From positions 21,142,001-21,184,965 of the forward strand of contig NW_024704749.1 of NCBI RefSeq assembly GCF_018977255.1: a stretch of DNA of 42,965 nucleotides, given 5' to 3'. The notes under the pieces were generated by a model. That model was not told the origin of the DNA. It worked only from the letters and a program-made list of their open reading frames with translations, and searched no databases. How positions within the stretch are numbered: position 1 is the stretch's first letter; every line of letters starts with the position of its first letter. Positions 1-10,800 of this stretch are shown here, one piece after another. The translations under genes and the position numbers were made by a program. The stretch is from Callorhinchus milii. Lineage: Eukaryota.

Positions 1-186
1 TAATAAATTGGTCATTTTCAATCTACGACTGTTTGTGGACACTGCTGTGCGCAATTGGCTGCCGCGTTCGCCCACAAATATACAGTCAATTCACTTTACA
101 GTGTATTCTGTGAAGTGCTTTGGGACGTCCTCCCGACGTGAAAAGCGCTATATCAAATGCAAGGATTATTATTATTATATTATTAT
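1..186 (+). mobile_element. Deu-type SINE, 3' part (young subfamily)
   Basis: Core ctgctgtgcgcaattggctgccgcg, L2-like tail and (TTA)n; near-identical to 11575-11750. Confidence 0.85.
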
Positions 187-503
187 GTTAGAGATCCCGT
201 GGTACCGTTCAAAAGAGAAGGTGAGTTTCTACCGGTGTCCCAGCCAATAATCCCCCAGATAAGAGTGGTCGTTTGGTTCACAGCTGGTTGTGGGGCATTG
301 CTGTGTGCAAATTGGCTGCCGCGTTTGCCTGCAAATATCCTGGGAATCACTTTGAGACATCCTCCTTCCTGATGTGAATAACAACAACCAGTTGCATTTA
401 TATAGCTCCCTTCAGGCAAGGTAACGTCTCAGAGCGCTTAACACTTTATCGAATGCATGAAACCCGTAACAAGTAATCATTTTATCAAATACACAGATTA
501 TTT

Positions 504-509
504 TTTATT
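504..509 (-). terminator. Candidate polyadenylation signal of the unrecognised gene
   Basis: AATAAA on the minus strand in AT-rich sequence after exon F. Confidence 0.45.
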
Positions 510-692
510 AAACTATTGGTACAAAAGTTCTATTAATATGGTCGTAAAGACATGGATAATGCATCTTTAAATGAAACACACTGCACAAGATTGTTCTGTT
601 TCTGTATTGCAAAACATTCTGCTTCCAGTTGAGCCCAAACTTATGACTCAAAAGAGTCCAGAGTTCAAATCCCAATGGGTTCGCTCAGCCCT

Positions 693-944
693 TCAACCTG
701 TAAACGGGTTCTCCCTGAAATTGAAGTGCTTCCTCAGAGACCCGGCAAAGCCAGACAGACCCACACTACTCCGTGTGACAACGACTGTCTGCTTGACTCG
801 AAAGGGAGTCTGGAACAGCCATTCTATAAGATTAGGGCTGGAAAGATATCGAGGTACGATTTTGATTCTCCCACGGTTATTGTTATGGAGTAAATTTTTC
901 GTGAGGAACTTTCTACACTGTGTCTGACTGACATAACTACAGAC
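693..944 (-). CDS. Candidate terminal exon F (VCSYVSQTQCRKFLTK...FRENPFTG*)
   Basis: ttttctaacttacag| acceptor with CTAAC branch-like motif; 83 open codons to TGA; AATAAA about 185 nt downstream. Confidence 0.5.
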   Translation of the reverse strand, partial: VCSYVSQTQCRKFLTKNLLHNNNRGRIKIVPRYLSSPNLIEWLFQTPFRVKQTVVVTRSSVGLSGFAGSLRKHFNFRENPFTG

Positions 945-1227
945 CTGTAAGTTAGAAAATAAATTGCTATAAGTTCAGTTGATTCGTCCACAAAATATAC
1001 AGTTAATTCACTTGACAGTATATTCTGTGAAGCGCTTTGAGACGTCTCGAAGACGTGGTAAGGCGTTGTATCAAATGCCAGGATTATTATTATTATTAGG
1101 TAGCTTGGGACGTTTGTACATGCGACCGACAGGAAGCTGGAAGGCGAACTAGATGGCCCTTAATCTTTTTGAGTCTAGCATTTCTTGCGTTCTTATGTTA
1201 TGTTCTTATTATCGTTTAATTTTGCAC

Positions 1228-1409
1228 CTTTCCACTTTTAAACTGACGTGAAGGTATATTGACTGTGTAAATCTCACTGCATTTGGGCATTTGCTCTGTT
1301 TGATCAGACTGTTGAGTGAAATGAGAGAGCGAGTTTCTGACTAACAGTGATGGAACTTTGCTGGAAATGGGAAAGTGCGGCGTTCCATTGTTGAGCATTT
1401 TTATTCTCT
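1228..1409 (-). CDS. Candidate exon E (RIKMLNNGTPHFPISSK...QFKSGK)
   Basis: cttcctgcag| acceptor, AAG|gtgcaa donor; open frame is ORF 1216..1398; phase-0 end joins exon F. Confidence 0.45.
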
Positions 1410-1533
1410 CTGCAGGAAGAGGAACGCATCAGGAAATGATTCCCTCCCCCCCCCATCCACCCCACCCCACTCTCCCCCCCAGGGAGGAGCAAGAGGCAGG
1501 GGGAGGGTTGGGCCCTTCCTCGGTGTTTGTTAC

Positions 1534-1691
1534 CAGGCGCAGGACATCTCGGATGCTGCGTCGCTGTTTCGTCGGGTCCTCGCCGGAGACCAACCAACCT
1601 CGGACCGGGTGTCATCAGCGTAACCTGGGCTAGTCCAGCGGCTGTATCGCTTGCTGTTCGGCTTGTTCCACACCCGCGGTTTGGTGTTCAT
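1534..1691 (-). CDS. Candidate exon D (frame unresolved; alternative acceptor would start it at 1624)
   Basis: tgttttcag| acceptor and CTG|gtaaca donor around a CpG-rich unique segment; 158 nt is 1 nt out of phase with exon E. Confidence 0.35.
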
Positions 1692-2220
1692 CTGAAAACA
1701 CAAACCCGTCAACTGTATAGAATCATAGAATCTTACAGCACAGAAGGAGGCCATTCGGCCCATCGTGCCTGTGCTGGCTCTTTGAAAAGAGCTATCGAAT
1801 TAGTCCCACTCCCCCGCTCTTACCCAATAAATCATTCATTATTGTATTATTATAATAATATACACTTTACAGTATATTCTGTGAAGCTCTTTGAGACGTC
1901 TGAACAACGTAATAAGGCTCTATATCAAATGCAAGGATGGTTATTATTATTATTGTCGGGGATGCCATCCTTCAGATGGGGGGGTGTTAAACCGAGCTCC
2001 CCGTCTGCCTGTTCAGATGGATTGTAAAGCTCACATGGCACCGTCTGTCTATGACTTGAGGCACCGGGATAATGAATTAAAGACTTGACGTAGCCACAGG
2101 GAAACTTCCACACTCTGTGCTGCTCTGGCACATCACAATGATCAGGATCGTAGAGGGTGGGAGTTATCAAAAGCGGGTTCCGAGAAAAATCCCAGTGAAA
2201 GATCTCCCAGCCACACTCGC

Positions 2221-2370
2221 CTGCATAAAGACAGCTGTGTTCATCTGCAGGGTCTCCATCCGTTCGTTCAGTCTGACCAGCCCCTCACCATGCTCAGCGA
2301 TGGACATCTTCAGCTCCTCATTACTGTCTTGGATGCAATCGAAGCCGGCGTCACTGTTGGGTGAGAGAGC
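2221..2370 (-). CDS. Candidate exon C (ALSPNSDAGFDCIQDSNEELKMSIAEHGEGLVRLNERMETLQMNTAVFMQ)
   Basis: Long pyrimidine tract + tcccag| acceptor, in frame with exon B; putative GC donor CAG|gcgagt gives exactly 150 nt; heptad-like Leu/Met spacing. Confidence 0.6.
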
Positions 2371-2988
2371 CTGGGACAGACAAACACATAGACAGAGCAA
2401 ATATATAAATAGAGTTCAGGCTCAGCTAAAGATCTCACTACAAATACATTGAGTAAATGCAGCATTTTATGAGTGTTCTCAACCCAATTATAAGCCCAGT
2501 GACCAAAGACACAGAGTAGGGTCTAGGGAACTCCAAAATTCTCCCAGCCTCTTCGACTGCACCTTCGGTCACCCTCCTACCCCCATCCTCCCTGCCCTCC
2601 TCCCCTTACCCCTCCTGATCTCAACTCCCAACTGAGGTCCAAATCCCTGACTGTCCAGCGCCTTTAGATGTCCTCCCAACGTGAAAGGCGCTGTACAAAT
2701 GTAATTTTTTGCTGTTGGTTGAGCATTTGTGGGACAGCAGTGCACAATTAGCTGCTGCCTTTTGCCCACAGAATACACAGTCACTCCACTTTACAATATA
2801 TCCGGTGAAGCGCTTTGAGTCTCAACGATACGATAAGGTACCGTATCAAATGTCAGGATTATTATTATTATTATTATTCAACAAGAAACTAAAGCTGAAC
2901 TCTCATACTCACAGTCCCCGACTCTGACACAAAGATCTAAACATCAGTAACTATAAAGGTGACAGTGTGGAATGTTAAACTTACGCAC

Positions 2989-3113
2989 CTCTGAAATGGA
3001 AAGACGCAAGTGATCCAACTTGTGGATTTCAGCTCTTAAACGATCCTCCAGACCTTTCATCAGAGCCAGAGTGCCGTCAGCTTTGGTACTCTCTCTCAGC
3101 AACATGTTCACAC
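2989..3113 (-). CDS. Candidate exon B (GVNMLLRESTKADGTLALMKGLEDRLRAEIHKLDHLRLSISE)
   Basis: ttacag| acceptor, GAG|gtgcgt donor; only one frame is open; helical composition. Confidence 0.6.
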
Positions 3114-3124
3114 CTGTAATAGCA

Positions 3125-3870
3125 GCACAACAACAACAACAAGATTACATTTGTATAGCGCCTTTCACGTTGGGAGGACGTCCCAAGGCGCTGGACAGTG
3201 TACAGCATTTCAGACCCGAGCGCTGGGGTCAGGGGGGGAGAAGGGAGGGGAGGGGAAGGGGGGTGGCCACTGGCATGGTCAAAGAGGAGGGTTTTGAGGC
3301 GGGACTTGAAGGAGGCTAAGGAGGGGGCGAGGCGGAGTGACCGGGGGATGGAATTCCAGAGGTTGGGGGCGGAGTGGCTGAAGGCTCTCCCGCCAATGGT
3401 GGGATGGGTGGGTTGGGGGACATGGAGGAGGCTGGAGCCGGCTGAGCGGAGGGAACGGACGGGTTGGTAGGGGTTTAGGAGGTCGCAGATGTAGGGTGGG
3501 GCGAGGCCATGGAGGGCTTTGTAGGTGAGGACCAGGATCTTGAACTGAAGGATAGGGAGCCAATGGAGTCGAGTGAGAATGGGGGAGATGGGGTCACGGA
3601 GTTTGGTGCAGGAGAGGACACGGGCTGCAGAGTTCTGGATTATCTGCAGCCTGTGGAGGGAGGAGTTGGGAAGGCCGACACGCAGGGGGTTTGCATAGTC
3701 GAGCCCGGAGGTGATGAAGGCATGAACACGAATTTCAGTGGCCTGAGGGGTGAGGTAGTGGCGGAGTCGGGCGATGTTACGGAGATGAGGGAAGGCAGAG
3801 GAGGTCATGGCTTGGATGTGGGGGAGAAGACAGTTGAGGGTCGATCAAGGCACCGAGGTTCCTGACTGGC
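3125..3870 (-). mobile_element. L2-clade LINE 3' fragment
   Basis: ORF 3077..3808 has L2 ORF2 C-terminal motifs ([51 protein letters not shown]); stem-loop tail and (GTT)n. Confidence 0.92.
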
Positions 3871-3984
3871 TTGGTGAGTTGTAGTCAGCAACCACGGAGG
3901 TTGGTGCTGCCAGAGCCTGATTCAAGTCAGAACAAAAAAGCTTATTATCCACGGAAAGTGATCTCCCTTTGGCCATTTATTCAA

Positions 3985-4255
3985 CGGCAAGCTACTGCGG
4001 GTTTAGCTGGTTAGACTCCCAGCAGTTATCCCAACGCACACTCTGGGCTCCGCCCAAGCCTTGGCTCTTGCCAACCTGTGCCTCATACTTTTTGGAATTA
4101 GCTAAGCAGGAGGCGTCCCTCCAGGAAGAGAGAGAGAGAGCGCATTGAAGGTGGGAGGCACGCAATTCCCAGTTGGGTTTGGATGCACTTAAGCAACGGT
4201 GATGGGCGATGGCTGCGTGTGTCAGACACCCGTCCGACCCAAAGGTTTCTGACAT
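3985..4255. repeat. Unclassified dispersed repeat with an internal (GA)n tract
   Basis: Shares cagcagtt..cccaacgcacactct...caagccttggctcttgccaacctg and later blocks with about 9795-10070; partial copies near 24665-24830 and 28075-28167. Confidence 0.75.
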
Positions 4256-4653
4256 CCAGCCCACTTTCCAACAACTTTAATGGAACTGCCTACAAAAACA
4301 AGTCACTGTAACAAGTTACAATACATCCCGGGAACTGCTCCCACCGTGAAAAGCTCTACATTACGTTAACTTCAAGCCCCCCCCCCCCACCAAACCCCCC
4401 CCCCCCCCACACACCTTTGAGCAATGAATCAGATGGGTTTAATATAAACCAGGCTGATGATCTACTTAATATAAATACCATTCAGACAGGAGAGCGAGGA
4501 AAATGGGGAGCAAACTCTTTATAAACACCGAGTACAATTCCTGGATCCACGAGAAGATTTCACTTAAAGCTTTTTGCTCTCTCTCTCTCTCTCTCTTGGA
4601 TCGTAGGCAAATCAGCGACATGTTTTTTTCTTGCTACAAACAGACTCGCTCAC

Positions 4654-4879
4654 CTTCAGGGGATGTGTTTCGACAGCTGGTTTGGTTGCGTGGAAGTGCG
4701 GACAGACAAAGACAAAAGTTTCCCTGTTTTTTCGTCGAAAAAAATTGTTTCCTCTCATTTGTTTGTGGCGGTGCCCAGTAGTGGTAGGAATGTGAAGTAT
4801 GTTCACTCAAACGAAACAACCCTGATTTCAGTCTGTTCGGAGTTTTACAGGCTTTGACATGAAGCTCAATTCTCAACAT
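4654..4879 (-). CDS. Candidate exon A of an unrecognised gene (MLRIELHVKACK...RNTSPE)
   Basis: ATG at 4879, open frame (ORF 4634..4897), strong donor GAAG|gtgagc in phase 1 matching exon B. Confidence 0.45.
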
Positions 4880-7377
4880 GACCTTCTTCCCGATCAAAGC
4901 GATCGGGCAAAAAAAAAACAGACACCAAATAGCACTTTATGAACATTTAAACAACTTCTCAGTTCCCATCAAGTTTAATGTCAAGTTCTGGAAACATTTG
5001 CAAGAGAGAGCTTTGCCTTCGTCTCCCCTCCATTCGCTGCATTTGGTTACACAGTATGTACAGTGTATACAAAATATTTTTTTTGATTAAAAGGTATTTA
5101 TTTTTTAAACCATCTCTGTGAGTGTTTTGGGGATGCTGTCTGTGCGCAATTGGCTGCCGCGTTTCGTCCACAAAACCACTATATTCTGTGAAGCGCTTTG
5201 AAAGACCTCTCAATGATGTGATAAGGCACTATATGAAATGCAAGGATTATTAATATTATATTTCTGTATACCCAAAATGCTCTCAAGGTTTTTCTTCAAA
5301 GCCTCCAGCAGTCACTGCAGGTTATTCCTCATTCCAAAAGAGTTATAGGTGTAAAATATGTAGTTTTGTAATCCTCAGAACCGCAAAAATATTTTTGGGT
5401 CAATTAAAAAAAATTCTCCGCGCAAACTGTTGATGTGGGTGGTTACTGTGGACAGACTCCCACAGACAGATCAGTACTGTCAGGAGCCAAGTGTGACCCC
5501 CCAGAACATCTATCAGCTGGGTACAGAAACAACAACTTGCATTTATAAAGCGTCCCTCACGCAGGGCAGCTTCTCAGAGCTCTAGGCAGTGGCAGAGAAA
5601 CACCAGTGTTGGGGACAGTTAGAAGTGGTGTTGGCGGTATTGAACAGTTTGTATTTGCTGCAATCCTGGACTGTTTATTGCCTTTGGTTTGCATATGTTG
5701 GACTCCAGTGAAGGGCATATAATAATCTAATAATCCTTGCATTGGATATAGCGCCACATCAGGTTGTTGAGACGTGTCAAAGCTCTTCACAGGATAGACA
5801 GTACTGTAAAGTGTACTGTGTACTTTATGGGTGAAACGCGGCAGTGTCCCACAAACAGCCATGGAGTGAGTGACCAATTTTTTTTTAAAAAAAAGGTTTT
5901 TATTTGGGGGGATTGTGGGCAGGACACTGGGGGGGGGGGAGGGGGGGGGAGAAAGAGAGAAGAGAGACAGAAACTCCCTTCGCTTTTTACGAATAGTGCC
6001 ACGGGATCTTTAGCGTCCACCTGAACAGGCAGACAGGACATTGGTTTAATGTCTCATCCAAAGGTTTGAGGTCTGTTCTGGCGGACGCTTTGTCAAGACT
6101 CGTTGCATGGTCAGGAAAAAGTAGCTTGGAGACACTTGACAGCGGGAGGGAGGAGTGAGTTAACCCAATCTTGTATTCCGTCCCCACAAAACAGCACACG
6201 AGCACAAAACAGGAGACAGTAACATTTCCAACATCCCTTTAACAAATGTAGAACTACAAACAAAGGTTTTCAAAAATCATACATCAAATACGAGCACGGA
6301 ATAGTTTTCAAGAGTCTGAGTTTGTTATGTGTGTGTATGTGTCTGTGTGTGTTGTGTACTTGTGTTTTTATTCACGTGCCTGTGTATCTGGCGTGTGTGT
6401 GTGTGTGTGTGTGTGTGTTTGGGTCATTTCATATGGGGAGGGCTGAACTCTTATGCCCTATGTGTATCTACAGTAAAATCATTATTTCCCCCCTTCATTC
6501 AAGTCTCACATGCACCTTCGAAACCAAGATAAAATACAATCAATCAACTCAAACAAAAAAATTTAACACGGAAAAGTGCTCACGACTGACATGATACAAT
6601 AGCCACACTGCCGACCGAGGCCTCCAGTTAGTTGTGTTGTGTTGCGGAGGCCGTCTTTGCCGGCAGCAGTGATTAAACAACGTTTCTCGTTAGGAGACGC
6701 ACAGGCAGCCTCTCAACCCCTCTCTGCAGGTTCGTCAGCTCTGACATGGGGAGGATCTGTTGGAAACTCTGCTGAACACCAGGGCTGTCTGTCTAACTGC
6801 TGGGTGTGCAGGCAACTACATTTGTGCAGTGTGATCTGGCTCCGTACCAGGGGAACGCACATCCCCTCAGGCCCACACGCACACATACACGCCCCTCATC
6901 CATCCAACACTATCCACTGGCTCCTTCCAGCACTGAATTAGTGGCACCGACACGTTGGGAGCGCAGCTGAGGCGCTTGCCAAGCTTCACGGTGCTTGCGA
7001 AGCTGACCCTCGAGTTCGCACAAGACCCTGTGACAAGGAGACGGGCATTTCTGTCTCTCTCCAGCAGCCGGCAGCTTGCAGACATGACAGGTGTAGTGAG
7101 ACACGCGGCAGACACCTGTGCTCCAGAGCAATGCCTGAGGAGGGAGCAGACATATTCAGACGGTCTCTCTTTCTCTTTCCCCCTCTCACCCCCTCACCTC
7201 ACCCCCTTCCCAGCGCCAGATCGGTGAGTGAAACCACAGTCGGATGGGATCAGTTGCTCAGTTTAAGACATTCCTCTGTGGAGTTTTTTTGTTTGGAAGT
7301 TTATAACCGTTTGTATTGAGTAACTGGTACATCCCAGTTAAGAGACAAACCATGGAAGCACGTTTTATACAAGAGAC

Positions 7378-7418
<41 letters not shown>

Positions 7419-7843
7419 CGGGGAGAAACCCACAGAGAAACAGAAAGTAAGAGAAAGTGAGTGAGAGAGAAAGAAAGCTAGAGAAGGACATGTTTGTGGG
7501 TGTGCGCGTGTGAAAGAGAGAGAGAGTCAGTAAGCAGGGTAAAGTAAGAGAGAGAGAGAGAAACACACATACACACAAGGAGGAGGGTAGAGAGAGTGAA
7601 AGAGACACCAAGGAGAGAGAGAGAGAGAGAACATTAAACCTCCCAGTCATAAAAAAAATTATACGAATTAACATTTTCTTGTGCAACATCGAATGTTTCC
7701 CCTGCGTGCCATCAAATAACAGTGTCACACACAGAGGCTCCTTCCTATGACGCATTGCTGTGAGGCAGTACGGAAAGGATCCTTGGTATTTACACAGATG
7801 CCACGGGAGATGGGAAGCAGAGGTCAGCAAACAGTCTCAGCCT

Positions 7844-7898
7844 TTATCTGGACGTGTCCATTCGATCTTTGTAATCCTCACAGAAACTGAACACTTTC
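7844..7898 (-). CDS. ZER1: ZER1 last coding exon ([17 protein letters not shown])
   Basis: tatcag| acceptor; TAA at 7846-7844; conserved MDTSR C-terminus. Confidence 0.92.
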
Positions 7899-10800
7899 CT
7901 GATAAATGAATGCAACAAAACAAAATGAAAGATTAACACTCTTCTGGAGCCGGAGGGGAATCAAAGCTCGTTCACTTATTGTTAGCCAGAGCACCCCTGT
8001 TCTTGGTGAGGCCAGCACAGTGACACAGTCGCCTTCTGCGAGTGCTCAGGAGCACAGAATCTGGTTAATTTTGTGGAGTCCCGTAGAGTGGTGGTGAGAG
8101 CGCTCGCCTCGCAAGCCAGAAGCCCCGGGTTCAATTCCCGGGCAAGGCAAAACCTTAGGTAAGTTTGCTTCCTCCACACGCTTCTGTTTATCTAGCAGTA
8201 ATTAGGAACCCGGTTGTTAGTCGATCGGTGGATCGCTTGCCAGGGGTAATAATGCCTTCCAAAAAAATATTGGTCATTCAATCCAAGACTGCTTGTGGGA
8301 AATTGCTGTGCGCAATTAGCTGCCGCGTTTCGCCCACGAAACACACAATCAAGTCACTTTACAATATATCCTGTAAAGGGCTTTGAGACCTCTAAACGAC
8401 TTAAGGCGTTGTATCAAATGCAAGAGTTATTATTAATATTACTATTTTGTTGACTGATTGAAGCCACGAAAGATGTCAGTAATTTAGGGCAGTAGCGAGG
8501 CTTTGGACCAACAACAAATTACATTCAGGGATCAACACCCGAGCTGGTGGTTGGGATCAAGAGGGGTGGAGGGCGGGGAGATTAGGGGTAGGAGGGTGAC
8601 CAAAGGTACCAGGGAGCTGCCTGCTCTGTCTGACTCAGCTACTGGCTGTACAAACCAGCTGAACCCTAGAACATCTAGCGGACTTTTAACAGTGTTAGCT
8701 TAACAGAAGCAGCTGTATCATGATAACCATTTTCACGGGAGAGGGGGCTAACTAATGCTTTGTGCGTAAACACAACGTGAAATCCAAAGCCCTGGAGCAG
8801 GGAGCAGCACAGGAAGAGGAAGGCGATCACGTACCTGGCCATGGCTTTGGTCTCTGACCTGGCCTCCTCGCTGTCGATCACCCCTTTCAGCAGCTCAATC
8901 CCGTTTTCTTTTATAAGCAACGGACAGTATTTATCAGCTGCAGAAGCAAAACAGATGTCAGCTCTCACACAGGGTAAAGCGAGACAAACTTAGCAAACAC
9001 CCACCCACTGGGGAACCTGTACCTCGGGGGTTGAGGTCAACAAAAATAATAATAATAATAATAAATTGGTCGCTTCAATCCACGACTGTTTGTGGGACGC
9101 TACTGTGCGCAACTGGCTGCCGAGTTTCACCCACAAAATATACAGTCAATTCAATTTAATAATAATCCTTGGATTTGATATAGCGCTTTTCATGTCTTCT
9201 CGACGTCTCAAAGTGCTTCACAGAATAAGCTGTAAAGTGAATTAACCGTATATTTGTGGACGAAACGCAGCAGCCAATTGCGCACAGCAGCGTCCCACAA
9301 ACAGTTATGGATTGAAAATGACCAATTTATTATTGCTTTGTTTTGGAGGGATTATTATTAGGTGTGTGGAGTAAGGAAACTTGCCTAAGGTTTCGCCCTG
9401 ACCTGCCTGAAATTGAACCCAGGTGTCTCGCTTGCAAGGCGAGTGCTCTAACCACTGAGCTACAGTGTATTCCGTGAAGCGCTTTGAGACGTCTCGACAA
9501 CGTGATAAAGTGCTGTATCAAATGCAAGGATTATTGTTTTGTTATCAATTTAGGACAGCGCTGACAAAAGGGCAAAGAGCACTCGTTGGGTGCAAACAGT
9601 CCTCCTTTATGGATCCGAGCTGAAGCAGTGAGGTGGATTAATGTAGCAAACACGGGAAGTGGCTCCAGGGAGGGAGGGCTCCGGCCTACACTGACCCGTC
9701 GCTGAGCACCCTTCACAGCGGGCATGTCTATTTGCCAAGGACCCTCTCACATGAGGACCTGGATTAAGCAGCTGGTGCTGAGTAAGGCTGGTATGTAGCT
9801 TTGGACATGGAACTCCAGCAGTTTACCCAACGCACACTCTAGCTCCCACAAGCCTTGGCTCTTGCCAACCTGCACCTAATGCTTTCTGGAATCAGGTAAG
9901 CAGGATGCATCCCTTCAGAGAGGGAGAGAGAGAGAGAGTGTGCATTCCATTTCAATAATCATCTCTGGGATTTCCATGTGTTGGTGGGATGTCTGGAATT
10001 CTCAATTGGGTTTGGAGACTCTTAAGCATGGTGATGGGTTTCCGCATATGTTAAGACATCTGGTTGACCAAAAAAAAAAACACTGACTGGCCCTTAAAGA
10101 AAAGTTCCACCTAATAGTCTGACATTTACAATAAGTCAATACTTACGATAGACAGAGGTGAGATTGAAGAGAGCCCAGGTTGCCCAGTGCTGGCTAACGG
10201 GAGCAATTCGCTGAGGGAGAAGGCGTAGGATTGGCTCAAAAGACCTGCAAATAATAATAATAAATAATTATAATAAATAATAATAATTTGACACAGCGAG
10301 AGTGCATCTAAAATAACATTCCCCATCTGTACAGGGTGTCCACAAAGTCCTGTAACCCCTTCATGTTTTTTTTTCCCCCTTACAGCGCACCGACCAACAA
10401 CTGAAACATGTGGAAGATGATGATAAATTGTGTTTAGAAGTTATTTCACTGTATTCAGTACAAGTGCTTAACTGTATTAGACTGTCCAGAGGATCAGTGT
10501 GTGTGAGTGTGAGAGTGTGTGTGTGAGCGCCATCATTTTCATGGCAGTTAATGATCCTTCGCCATGTTCGTTGTCCACATCTTCGGTAACATGGATGGAT
10601 GGAGTGAGTGAGTGAGTGCGGAGGCGAAATGCATCTCCGACAGATTGTTTCTGCTCCTCCGTTGTCTTGTTTTGTAACAGAGGGGTAACAGGACTTGGTG
10701 GACACCCCATAGAACCTCCCAGCTTTGAGTAGAACCATAATAATTATTATAATAGTCCTTGTGTTTTACACCGTTGCCTCTCGAAGCGTTTCGGTTGGGC

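Noticed and set aside
2913-2923. 11-nt micro-exon (tgtcag|AGTCGGGGACT|gtgagt) between exons B and C
   Set aside because: B and C already join in phase 0; including it would shift the frame and need a 65-nt intron.
2985-3113. Selenoprotein-like frame with two in-frame TGA codons in exon B
   Set aside because: Another frame is fully open and phase-compatible; no SECIS element recognised.
3077-3808. 243-aa ORF as a host gene
   Set aside because: It is a 5'-truncated L2 ORF2 C-terminus running into the element's tail.
693-4879. ZDHHC12, expected from human synteny
   Set aside because: No DHHC-CRD motif or transmembrane helices in the frames I read.
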